Origin: Bacteroidales bacterium
GTDB lineage: Bacteria; Bacteroidota; Bacteroidia; Bacteroidales; JACABE01
NCBI GenBank assembly: GCA_049315385.1
Contig: JBMOKG010000005.1
Coordinates: forward strand, 46,649 to 110,648
Direction of reading: 5' to 3'
DNA: 64,000 bases
Numbering within the stretch: position 1 is the first letter of the stretch; each line of letters starts with the position of its first letter. Made by a program: the position numbers and the translations under genes. Below the pieces are notes generated by a model. That model searched no databases and was not told the DNA's origin. It saw nothing but the letters and a program-made list of their open reading frames with translations. This document shows, one piece after another, positions 9,935 to 19,156 of this stretch.

Positions 9935-11725
9935 TTAATACCTTTTTCTTGCTTTGTAATGTGTATGTAATAAATCATGAGATTTATGTCCTAAAGGTTC
10001 GCCCAAAAATTCTTTATATATCAATGCAACTTCAGGATTTTCATGAGATTTTCTTAATGGTAAACCTTCATCTTCAGCATAGATAGCATCAGCTCTTTTT
10101 TGACGAATGTCAGGACTGGTTGGAATTGGTTGACCACCACCTCCTAAGCAACCACCAGGGCAGCCCATTACTTCAATAAAATGGTAATTAGCTTTACCTG
10201 CTCTTACAGCTTTCATCAATTCATTTGCATTACTTAATCCGTGAGCGATAGCAACACTTAGTTCAGCACCTTCAAGAAAACTCCATTCAGGTTTAACTCC
10301 TTTAATCAATACTTTAGCTTCTTTTATACCTTCAAATCCTCTTACAGGCATAATTTTAAGATTTGTAAAAGGAACTTCACGACCAGTAACTATTTCATAA
10401 GCTGTACGTAAAGCAGCTTCCATTACACCACCGGTAGCACCAAATATTACTGCAGCTCCAGTTGAATTTCCCATGATACTGTCATACTTTTCATCTTCTA
10501 ATTTCATGAAATCAATACCAGCTTGTTTGACCATCATTGCTAATTCACGGGTAGTTAAAACATAATCAACATCCTGGTAACCACTATCACGCATTTCGGC
10601 TCTGTTACATTCAAATTTTTTAGCTGTACAAGGCATAATTGAAACTGAAACCATATTTTTGGGATCAATACCTTTTTTCTTTGCATAATATGTTTTAGCT
10701 AATGCACCAAACATCTGTTGTGGTGATTTGCAAGTAGATAAATTATCCAATAAATCTGGGAACATATGTTCCTGAAACTTAATCCAACCTGGAGAGCATG
10801 AAGTCATCATTGGTAAGGCTACTTTTTCTCCATCAACCAAAGCTCTTTTTAAACGGGTTAATAATTCAGTTCCTTCTTCCATAATGGTTAAGTCAGCAGT
10901 AAAATCTGTATCTAATACAGAATCAAAACCTATATGTCTTAAAGCAGCTACCATTTTCCCTGTAACTCTTTCACCTGGATCGTAACCTAAATCTTCTCCT
11001 AATCCTATTCGGACAGCTGGAGCTGTTTGAACAACAACATGTTTCGATGGATCATTGATAGCATTCCAAACTTCATCTAAATATGTTCTTTCCGTTAATG
11101 ATCCGGTAGGACAACGATTGATACATTGACCACAATTAGTACAAACAACTTCATCCAATGGTTTATTCATGAATGTAGAAATTCTTTGATGGTCTCCCTT
11201 TTTTACAACTGCCAAAGCACCTACAGCTTGTAATTCTTCACAAGTTCTTACGCAACGTTGACAACGTATACATTTGCTATCATCTTTTGTTATTGAAGGT
11301 GATGAAATGTCTAATATTTTATCTTTTGCTTTTACAAGATCGATAAAAACATGATCTCCAACCCTGTATTCTGATGCTAAATCCTGTAATTCGCAATGAC
11401 CGTTTTTAAAACATTTCGTACAATCAGCATTATGTTCTGACAATAATAACTCTATTACATGTTTACGGGCTGTTCTGACTTTTTCACTGTTTGTAAAAAC
11501 CTCCATACCTTCTGAAACAGGAGTGGCACAAGAAGCAGCCAATAATCTGGCTCCTTTAACTTCAACTACACAAACACGGCAGTTACCTGCAACACTTAAA
11601 TCAGGATGATTACAAAGTGTTGGTATATTGAAATTAAGCTTTTTAGCTGCATCAAGAATGGCTGTTCCTTCTTTAACGGATACCGGGATATTATTGATTT
11701 TTAAATTTACTAAATATTCGCTCAT
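9935..11725 (-). CDS. hydA: Second group A3 [FeFe]-hydrogenase catalytic subunit
   Basis: TSCSPGW, MPCTAKKFE, EVMGCPGGCLGGGGQP; same N-terminal FeS complement (HNADCTKC); 596 aa. Confidence 0.97.
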   Translation of the reverse strand: MSEYLVNLKINNIPVSVKEGTAILDAAKKLNFNIPTLCNHPDLSVAGNCRVCVVEVKGARLLAASCATPVSEGMEVFTNSEKVRTARKHVIELLLSEHNADCTKCFKNGHCELQDLASEYRVGDHVFIDLVKAKDKILDISSPSITKDDSKCIRCQRCVRTCEELQAVGALAVVKKGDHQRISTFMNKPLDEVVCTNCGQCINRCPTGSLTERTYLDEVWNAINDPSKHVVVQTAPAVRIGLGEDLGYDPGERVTGKMVAALRHIGFDSVLDTDFTADLTIMEEGTELLTRLKRALVDGEKVALPMMTSCSPGWIKFQEHMFPDLLDNLSTCKSPQQMFGALAKTYYAKKKGIDPKNMVSVSIMPCTAKKFECNRAEMRDSGYQDVDYVLTTRELAMMVKQAGIDFMKLEDEKYDSIMGNSTGAAVIFGATGGVMEAALRTAYEIVTGREVPFTNLKIMPVRGFEGIKEAKVLIKGVKPEWSFLEGAELSVAIAHGLSNANELMKAVRAGKANYHFIEVMGCPGGCLGGGGQPIPTSPDIRQKRADAIYAEDEGLPLRKSHENPEVALIYKEFLGEPLGHKSHDLLHTHYKARKRY

Positions 11726-11756
11726 TTTGTATGTTTTTTTATTGTTATCAAATGAA

Positions 11757-12923
11757 TTAATAGATTATTTCTTCTCTGAAATTATCAACTATTGAATTAA
11801 ATGGATTAGCAACTGATTGACCTAAACCGCATTTTGCAGCGATTTTCATCGTATTTGCTAATTTTTTTAATTCATCTAAGTATTGAGGCTTTCTTTCCCC
11901 TTTTTTTACAGACTCAATCCCTTTTAAAAGTTGTTGGCATCCAACTCTGCAAGGTGTACATTGTCCACATGATTCTTCATTGAAAAATTCCAGATAATCA
12001 TGTAAAACATTATACATAGAGCGTGAACTGTTAAAAATCATCATTGAACCTCCCGTAGGAATTCCTTCAAATCCAATAATAGTATCTTTTAAATTTTTAC
12101 GTGGAACGCAATGTCCTGATGCTCCTCCAACCTGAACGGCTTTAGTATCTCCGTCGCCATAATCATCAACAAAATCAGTTAATGGCATACCTAATTCTAA
12201 TTCGTAAATTCCTGGAGTAGGAGTGTCACCTGATACTGAAAATAATTTAGATCCTCTTGAATCTGAAGTCCCTAGTTTTTTAAATTCATCAGCGCCAATT
12301 TTACAAATTATTTGTACTGTTGCAAAAGTTTCAACATTATTTATTACTGTAGGACAATTGTTATAACCAGAAACAGTAGGATAAGGTGGCTTATTTCTAG
12401 GTTCACCACGTTTACCTTCCATTGATTCAAAAAGCGCGCTTTCTTCCCCACAAATATAAGCACCACTTCCCATACGAAGAAAAATTTTGAAATCGAGATT
12501 TATTTGTTTTGCAAATTCATCAAAATATTCTATTTCCTTTAATAGTTCAGGAACTAAATATGTATATTCTCCTCTAAGATAAATATATCCTTCTTTTGCC
12601 CCAATTGCATAACCACAAGTTGCCATACCTGAAAGAACTTTACGGGAAACTCTTTCTAATATTTCACGATCTTTAAATGTTCCTGGTTCACCTTCATCTG
12701 CATTACAAATAACATATTTAATGGGATTGTCTTCGTTTTTTGTAAATTTCCATTTTAATCCTGTTGGAAAACCAGCTCCTCCACGACCTTTTAAACCAGA
12801 ATCTATTATCTCATTTATTATTTCATCAGGTTTTTTTTCTAATATTTTTTCTAGTATTTTATATTTTGATGATGTATAATCAGCAAATATTAAATCTATT
12901 TTTTTTAAAGTTTTATTTTCCAT
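11757..12923 (-). CDS. hydB: Short NADH/FMN-binding hydrogenase subunit (NuoF-like), non-bifurcating type
   Basis: GRGGAGFPTG, NADEGEPGTFKDR, GSGAYICGEE, GGASG, single ESCGQCTPCR..C cluster; no N-terminal 2Fe-2S or C-terminal ferredoxin; 388 aa. Confidence 0.92.
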   Translation of the reverse strand: MENKTLKKIDLIFADYTSSKYKILEKILEKKPDEIINEIIDSGLKGRGGAGFPTGLKWKFTKNEDNPIKYVICNADEGEPGTFKDREILERVSRKVLSGMATCGYAIGAKEGYIYLRGEYTYLVPELLKEIEYFDEFAKQINLDFKIFLRMGSGAYICGEESALFESMEGKRGEPRNKPPYPTVSGYNNCPTVINNVETFATVQIICKIGADEFKKLGTSDSRGSKLFSVSGDTPTPGIYELELGMPLTDFVDDYGDGDTKAVQVGGASGHCVPRKNLKDTIIGFEGIPTGGSMMIFNSSRSMYNVLHDYLEFFNEESCGQCTPCRVGCQQLLKGIESVKKGERKPQYLDELKKLANTMKIAAKCGLGQSVANPFNSIVDNFREEIIY

Positions 12924-12941
12924 TTTGTTGTTTTTTGAATT

Positions 12942-13439
12942 TTAACGAATTCCTACTTGCTTAGAATTTTTAATATACTCTTGAATAACTTCAATAGCTT
13001 TTTGTGGTGTAGTTTCTGGATAAACTACATCATTTACTAACATTACCGGACCTTTATGACACCATCCTAAGCAATTAGCAGTTAATAAGGTGAATTTTTT
13101 GTCATGAGAAGTCTCTCCGACTTTAATTTTCATAACATTTTCCAATGCTTCAATAATTTCATCCTTACCTTTCATGTGACATGAAATTGTTTTGCAGACT
13201 CTAACGATGTTTTTGCCTCTTGGCTCAGTATCGAGAAACGTGTAGAATGAAGCGGTCCCATATACTTCAGCAGCAGATAAGTCTAATTCTTTTGCTACAA
13301 AAATCATCGCTTCTTCAGAAAGAAATCTTTCTTCTTTTACAACTCCTTGTAAAACTGGCATTAAACTATTTCTTGTTTTGCCATGTTTTTCCACTAAATT
13401 TTTTACTAATGTTTCAATATTGGACATTTTATCCTCCAT
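12942..13439 (-). CDS. hydC: NuoE-like 2Fe-2S hydrogenase subunit
   Basis: VYGTASFYTF, CKTISC...CLGWC. Confidence 0.92.
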   Translation of the reverse strand: MEDKMSNIETLVKNLVEKHGKTRNSLMPVLQGVVKEERFLSEEAMIFVAKELDLSAAEVYGTASFYTFLDTEPRGKNIVRVCKTISCHMKGKDEIIEALENVMKIKVGETSHDKKFTLLTANCLGWCHKGPVMLVNDVVYPETTPQKAIEVIQEYIKNSKQVGIR

Positions 13440-13470
13440 ATTTTTTTGTTAATATTATTGATAAATTCTA

Positions 13471-13488
13471 TTGTTATTTAATTAACAA
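13471..13488. promoter_or_regulatory. Rex-like operator downstream of the hydrogenase operon 2 promoter
   Basis: TTGTTAT-TTAA-TTAACAA, 18-bp palindrome. Confidence 0.6.
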
Positions 13489-13498
13489 TTCAAAGTGA

Positions 13499-13506
13499 CA
13501 AAATTA
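13499..13506 (-). promoter_or_regulatory. -7 promoter box for hydrogenase operon 2
   Basis: Minus strand TAATTTTG, lying between two palindromic operators. Confidence 0.65.
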
Positions 13507-13513
13507 ATATTTT

Positions 13514-13537
13514 TTATTGTTATCTAAATAACAATAA
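13514..13537. promoter_or_regulatory. Rex-like operator upstream of the operon 2 promoter
   Basis: TTATTGTTAT-CTAA-ATAACAATAA, perfect 10-bp arms; core 13517-13534. Confidence 0.62.
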
Positions 13538-13758
13538 GCATTTTTTTTTAAGTTAAACGCTAATTTGGAATCATTCTGAATTGTGAAAGATGATATATGT
13601 CAGTTTTACATAATGTTACTAAAGAATTAATTTCATCATAGTGGAAATAATTTTTAATTCTTTTTTAAAAAAACTACGATTAACAAAAAATAATAAGAAG
13701 ATTTTCGTAAAAATATGCTGTTTTTGATTAAAAATGTAATTTTGTAGAAAAAAATACT

Positions 13759-14238
13759 ATGCAAAAAATAAGAAATCTATTAATTTTGATTTTACTTTTG
13801 TTTGAAACAACTGTAAAATCGCAATCAAATATTAATAATTTTGATTCTACATTATGGGTAAATAGCTTTGAAAAAGCTAAAACCATTGCTATGAAAAAGA
13901 ACTTTTCTGTTTTATTGTTTTTTACAGGTAGTGATACTTGTTCTAACTGTATTAAGATGCAAAAAAATATTTTAGAAACTCAGGAATTTAAAGATTATAG
14001 CAAAACTACATTTGTACTTTATCATGTTGATTATCCGAAAAGTAAATCAAATAAACTTTCTTTAGCTCAGCTTAACAAAAATAAAGAACTTGTAATAAAA
14101 TATAATCCTGGAGGTAAATTACCTCAGATTGTTGTTCTTGATCCCAAAGGAGGCGTTAAAGCAACTGCAAATTTTTTAGATATTCCCGTTTCAGAATATT
14201 TACCTCAATTTAAAGCATTACTAAATATGTTTAAATAA
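13759..14238 (+). CDS. Exported thioredoxin-family (DsbH/thioredoxin-like) protein
   Basis: Signal peptide; FTGSDTCSNC CxxC motif; LPQIVVLDPKG cis-Pro loop; TAATTTTG box at 13737-13744. Confidence 0.8.
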   Translation: MQKIRNLLILILLLFETTVKSQSNINNFDSTLWVNSFEKAKTIAMKKNFSVLLFFTGSDTCSNCIKMQKNILETQEFKDYSKTTFVLYHVDYPKSKSNKLSLAQLNKNKELVIKYNPGGKLPQIVVLDPKGGVKATANFLDIPVSEYLPQFKALLNMFK

Positions 14239-14350
14239 CTTCAAATCTAACATTCAATTTTAGAAAAATTTTTATCTTTTGCTTTTAGTCAAAGTTGATA
14301 AATTTCCAATAGTTATGTTTTTTTTGTAAGTTTGTAAAAACTAATAAATA

Positions 14351-15109
14351 ATGAGTAGATATTTTTTACATTTAGCATATAACGGGAAAAATTTTCATGG
14401 TTGGCAAATTCAGAATAATGCAATTACTGTTCAGCAGGTATTAAATGAAACACTTAGTTTGTTTTTTAAAACAAAAGTCGAGCTAACTGGTGCAGGAAGA
14501 ACAGATACTGGGGTTCATGCTAAAGATTTTTATGCTCATTTTGATTTACCTGTAGAAATATTAACTGAAAATATCCCTCAATTAGTTTACAAATTAAATG
14601 GTTTTTTAAAGGAAAATATTGTAATTTACGATATTATACCAGTGAAAAATGAAGCTCATGCTCGTTTTGATGCAATTTCAAGAACATACATGTATTATAT
14701 AGGAATAAAAAAAGATGTATTCAATTTTGACTATTATTATAACATAAATGGAAATCTTGATATTCATGCTATGAATGATGCAGCTTTTACGCTTCTGAAT
14801 TATTCTGATTTTTCATGTTTTTCAAAATCAAATACACAAACAAAAACGAATAATTGCATGATAACATATGCTAAATGGGAGCTAAGTGATAATAATTTGA
14901 TATTTACTATCACTGCTGATAGATTTTTACGGAATATGGTAAGAGCTATAGTTGGAACTCTTTTAGAAATAGGATTTCATAAAATAGATATTGAAAAATT
15001 GAAACAAATCATAGAAAATAAAAATAGATCAGATGCGGGTTTTTCAGTTCCAGCTAAAGCATTGTTTCTTAGTAAAATATGTTATCCTGAAACAATATTT
15101 ATTAAATAA
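14351..15109 (+). CDS. truA: tRNA pseudouridine(38-40) synthase
   Basis: YNGKNFHGWQIQ, GAGRTDTGVHA, HARFDA, RFLRNMVR. Confidence 0.96.
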   Translation: MSRYFLHLAYNGKNFHGWQIQNNAITVQQVLNETLSLFFKTKVELTGAGRTDTGVHAKDFYAHFDLPVEILTENIPQLVYKLNGFLKENIVIYDIIPVKNEAHARFDAISRTYMYYIGIKKDVFNFDYYYNINGNLDIHAMNDAAFTLLNYSDFSCFSKSNTQTKTNNCMITYAKWELSDNNLIFTITADRFLRNMVRAIVGTLLEIGFHKIDIEKLKQIIENKNRSDAGFSVPAKALFLSKICYPETIFIK

Positions 15110-15183
15110 AAGCAAACTATTTATCAAAATCTTATTATAATGTTTAAATTTGTCATTCAATTAACATTTAATATTGATAGATT

Positions 15184-18100
15184 ATGCATAAATTTTCTTT
15201 CATTTTAGGATTATTTATTTTTTTATTTGTTTCAAAAACATCTTATTCTCAGGTTATTACTAACAATGCTTTTTCTAAAGCTAAAGAAAATTATCCATTA
15301 ATTACAAAACCAATTCCTGTTTTTGATTCAATTAGGATGATTAATATTCCTCCACTTGAGGTTCCTGCCTTTTATAAATCTGTGAATTCGTCTTTTCTGC
15401 CTAGTTCAATAGATAATTCAATACAGGCATATTTTCGTCCGATTACCTGGCAGAGTGGTTATGAATGTGGTCAAACAGCAGGTATAGCTTTTGTTTTTAC
15501 TTATGAAATAGATCGTTTAAGAAATATTCCAGCTAATATACCTGCTAATCAATATCCTACTCATTTCTCTTGGAATTTCCTGAATGATGCATATAATTAT
15601 AAAGGTGTTAGTTTTTTTGATACTTGGGAAATAACAAGAACTTGTGGAACTCCAAATATTGTGGATTATGGTGGAGGTTTGAATACAGGTGGTGAAAAAA
15701 GATGGATGACTGGTTACCAAAGTTATTATAATGGAATGAAGAATCGTATTTCGGGTGTGTATTCTATAAGATGTGATACACCTGAAGGATTATCTGTTCT
15801 TAAAAACTGGTTTAACGATCATTTGGATGGATCTTCATTAGGCGGAATTGCATGTATGTATGCTCAATATTGTGCTCCGGATGCAACATTACCTTCAGGA
15901 ACTCCTGAAGCAGGGAAAGCACTTATCTCATCATGGGGAGCCAGTCCATCACATGCATGGACTATAGCTGGTTATAATGATTCAATTCGTTACGATTATA
16001 ATAATGATGGACTCTATACCAATAATATAGATATAAATGGTGATGGAATTGTAAATATGAAAGACTGGGAAATAGGTGGTTTGAAAATAGCAAATGGTTA
16101 TGCAGGTACAGGATGGGGAAATGGCGGTTTTTCCTATATGATGTATAAATCATTAGCTGAAAATATCAGTAATGGAGGTATTTGGAATTACTCTGTTTTT
16201 GTTGTTAAAGCAAAACAAACTCAAACACCTTTACTGACAATGAAAGTGAGTCTTAAACATAACAGAAGGAATCAAATAAAAGTAATGGTTGGTGTTAATC
16301 CTAATCAAAATGCTGATAGACCTTCAATAAGAATGGAATACCCAATTTTTAATTATCATGGTGATACTTTGGGTATGCAAGGTGATCTAACAGAAATTGG
16401 TAAAACAATTGAATTTGGTCTGGATATAACACCTCTTTTATCTGAAATAGATATTGCTCAGCCTGCAAAATTTTTCTTAGAAGTAGTTGAAAAAGATCCT
16501 AATTCTCTTGGAAATGGTATTGTAAATAGTTTGTCATTAATGGATTATAATTATACTGCTGAAGTAACAAATTGTTTAACAGGAAATGTTCCTATTATTA
16601 ATAATGATACTACCCGATTATCAATAATTAAAGGAATTGTATTTAATAAAGTGAATATTAAGAATGACAGCATGATTGCAAAAGTTTATCAGCCTTATTC
16701 ACATCAATTGAATGCAGAGTTCGGAACTCAGCCTTATAAATGGTCACTTAAAATGGATTATAATGAAATAATTTCAAATACGATATTTCCATCAATAACT
16801 AATCAAACTTTAAATATTGGAAGTAATGGATGTGTCCTTCAGAATTTAAATTTTTCATTTCCTTTTTTTGGGAATTCTTACAATCAGATTTATATTTATG
16901 CTGGTGGATATATAAAATTTGATAATTCTGCTTATTCTTTTCCTTATTTAATTGATGAAAATTTACTTTTCAGAAGTCATAAATTAATAGCACCTTTTTT
17001 GGCAAATTTTACTTTTGGGTCTGGACAAGGTGTTTGGTATCAGGGTGATGCCAATTCTGCAATTATTCGTTGGAAAGCAAGTATAAATGGCCAATCTGGT
17101 TCAAGTGTAAATGTTGCTTTAAAAATATTTCCCAATGGAAAACTGGAGTTTTATTATGGTTCAATTAATATGAGTGGTAATTGGATTTCTGCACTTTCGG
17201 GTGGAGATGCTGTAAATTATCAATATACAACAATTTCAAATAGCTTCTTGTCAAATAATGTAGAAAAGAAAGTTGAACTTTCTCCTCCAGATTATCCTGA
17301 TGGAATGAATTTTACTGAGAATGGTATATTTTCTGCTTTTCCAACCCGTTTTTATAATACATCTATTAAGTTTAAAGTTACTGATAATAATAATATTTCT
17401 GTCATTAAAAATATACCTTTTAAATCCAAAGGTTTATTAATTGATTATATTGTAAATGCAGGAGGAGATTCAATTATTAACGCTAATGATACAGTTTATT
17501 TAACAGCTAAAATTAAAAATATTGGGAGTACTGTTTCAAATATATTTATGAAACTTCAATCAGCAGATACATTGATAAGTATAATAGATGGTTCTGAAAA
17601 TATTGCATCATTGACTGGAGGTGATAGTTTAACATTGAATAATATTTTCAAATTTAAGGTTTTTGATAATGTTCCCGATGCACACTTTATTGACTTATTT
17701 ACAAAAATGTACACTGTTATTGACACTTTTGAGCGTCATACACAATTGAGAGTAAATTCATTTTTGTTAAAAACTGGTAATGTAATTATTACTGATGGTA
17801 ATAATAATATACTTGAACCTAATGAAACAGCTGCAATGATGTTGGAAATTAAGAATATAGGTGGTGCTAAGGCCACAAACCTTCATTTCGAGTTATCAAC
17901 CAATGATCCTTTTGTTACATTAAATCCTGGATTTGCAGACATCGATACGATTTTACCATTTTCTTCTAAAAATGCATTCTTTATAATAACAACATCAGCA
18001 AATATACCTTCTCATCATTTAATTGTGTTAAATGCATTAATTACAGGAAGTAATAATTTTACTTATAAAACATTCTTTTTTATTGAAATGGGAGCTAGAA

Positions 18101-19155
18101 TGGAAGATTTTGAAACTAATGATTTTTCTAAGTATTCATGGGTTCATGGAGGAAATTTGCATTGGTTTACTTCCGACAGTTTAAAATATCAGGGAAATTA
18201 TTCTGCAAAATCAGGTCAAATTACTCATAGTCAAACTTCGTTTATTTCAGTAAACCAATATATTTTAGCAGATGGATTTATAAAATTTAATAAAAAAGTA
18301 TCTTGTGAAAGAGATAATACAAATCATAATTATGACTACCTTGCATTTTATATTGATGGAATTGAAAAGTCTCGATGGGATGGTGAAATTGACTGGAGTC
18401 AGGAAAATTATGCTGTATCTGCAGGTAATCATACATTTAAATGGACTTATACAAAAGATAATAGTGTAAATACAGGAGCAGATTGTGCCTGGATAGATAA
18501 TATAGTTTTCCCTTTGCATGGAGATCCTAATCCAACTTTAATTTTTAATCCGGTTATTATTAATAAAACTATTGGCATTAACACATCGGATACTACATTA
18601 TTGAATATTACGAATCAGGGGCTTGATTTAGTTATTTATTCATCTTATTTTCGTTTTTTTGGACTTCCTTCTTCTCCCTGGGTAAGCTGCTCAATAAATG
18701 CTGGTGGGGTTAATCCTAATGAAACTCAACATCTACTGCTTAATTTTTCTTCTCAGGGTCTTCAGGAAGGAAATTATAATTGTGAACTGAAACTGATTAC
18801 AAATTTTATAAATCAAACAATAATTCCTGTGAATTTATATGTTGTAGACTATTCTTCTGTTGATGAATTAAAAACAAAGGAAAATATATTGACTTGCTCT
18901 CCTAATCCATTTACAAATGAAACAAATATACAATTTTCGTTGCAGGAAAATTCATTAACAACAATTATTATATACGATTATACAGGGAAAGAAGTCGAAA
19001 AAATATTTTCTCAAAAATATTTGACTAAAGGTGATTATAAAGTTAAATGGAGTGTTACTGATAGAAATTATTCATCACTTCAACAAGGTTTTTATTTTTG
19101 CACATTAACTGTTGGAGAAAAGAAATATTGTAAAAAAATGATAGTTATAAATTAA
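15184..19155 (+). CDS. T9SS-secreted multidomain protein with papain-like (C1-type) cysteine protease domain
   Basis: Signal peptide; Q..C95 (WQSGYECGQ), H257 (HAWTIAGY), N304 (KIANG..GWG); Ig-like and adhesin-like modules; C-terminal SPNPF...GFYF...KKMIV T9SS type A CTD. Confidence 0.78.
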   Translation: MHKFSFILGLFIFLFVSKTSYSQVITNNAFSKAKENYPLITKPIPVFDSIRMINIPPLEVPAFYKSVNSSFLPSSIDNSIQAYFRPITWQSGYECGQTAGIAFVFTYEIDRLRNIPANIPANQYPTHFSWNFLNDAYNYKGVSFFDTWEITRTCGTPNIVDYGGGLNTGGEKRWMTGYQSYYNGMKNRISGVYSIRCDTPEGLSVLKNWFNDHLDGSSLGGIACMYAQYCAPDATLPSGTPEAGKALISSWGASPSHAWTIAGYNDSIRYDYNNDGLYTNNIDINGDGIVNMKDWEIGGLKIANGYAGTGWGNGGFSYMMYKSLAENISNGGIWNYSVFVVKAKQTQTPLLTMKVSLKHNRRNQIKVMVGVNPNQNADRPSIRMEYPIFNYHGDTLGMQGDLTEIGKTIEFGLDITPLLSEIDIAQPAKFFLEVVEKDPNSLGNGIVNSLSLMDYNYTAEVTNCLTGNVPIINNDTTRLSIIKGIVFNKVNIKNDSMIAKVYQPYSHQLNAEFGTQPYKWSLKMDYNEIISNTIFPSITNQTLNIGSNGCVLQNLNFSFPFFGNSYNQIYIYAGGYIKFDNSAYSFPYLIDENLLFRSHKLIAPFLANFTFGSGQGVWYQGDANSAIIRWKASINGQSGSSVNVALKIFPNGKLEFYYGSINMSGNWISALSGGDAVNYQYTTISNSFLSNNVEKKVELSPPDYPDGMNFTENGIFSAFPTRFYNTSIKFKVTDNNNISVIKNIPFKSKGLLIDYIVNAGGDSIINANDTVYLTAKIKNIGSTVSNIFMKLQSADTLISIIDGSENIASLTGGDSLTLNNIFKFKVFDNVPDAHFIDLFTKMYTVIDTFERHTQLRVNSFLLKTGNVIITDGNNNILEPNETAAMMLEIKNIGGAKATNLHFELSTNDPFVTLNPGFADIDTILPFSSKNAFFIITTSANIPSHHLIVLNALITGSNNFTYKTFFFIEMGARMEDFETNDFSKYSWVHGGNLHWFTSDSLKYQGNYSAKSGQITHSQTSFISVNQYILADGFIKFNKKVSCERDNTNHNYDYLAFYIDGIEKSRWDGEIDWSQENYAVSAGNHTFKWTYTKDNSVNTGADCAWIDNIVFPLHGDPNPTLIFNPVIINKTIGINTSDTTLLNITNQGLDLVIYSSYFRFFGLPSSPWVSCSINAGGVNPNETQHLLLNFSSQGLQEGNYNCELKLITNFINQTIIPVNLYVVDYSSVDELKTKENILTCSPNPFTNETNIQFSLQENSLTTIIIYDYTGKEVEKIFSQKYLTKGDYKVKWSVTDRNYSSLQQGFYFCTLTVGEKKYCKKMIVIN

Positions 19156-19156
19156 A

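Noticed and set aside
10780-10810. TSCSPGW instead of TSCCPGW in HydA2 as a sign of inactivation
   Set aside because: TSC(C/S)P is a known natural variant in active multimeric [FeFe]-hydrogenases; the other motifs are intact
3684-13439. Annotation of NuoE/NuoF-like genes as respiratory complex I
   Set aside because: They flank H-cluster-containing HydA subunits and no membrane nuo genes are present
2120-13498. Short plus-strand ORFs inside hydrogenase genes (2120, 2672, 3308, 4345, 5700, 6091, 8707, 9190, 12764, 13220)
   Set aside because: Antisense shadows of well-supported genes; no independent evidence
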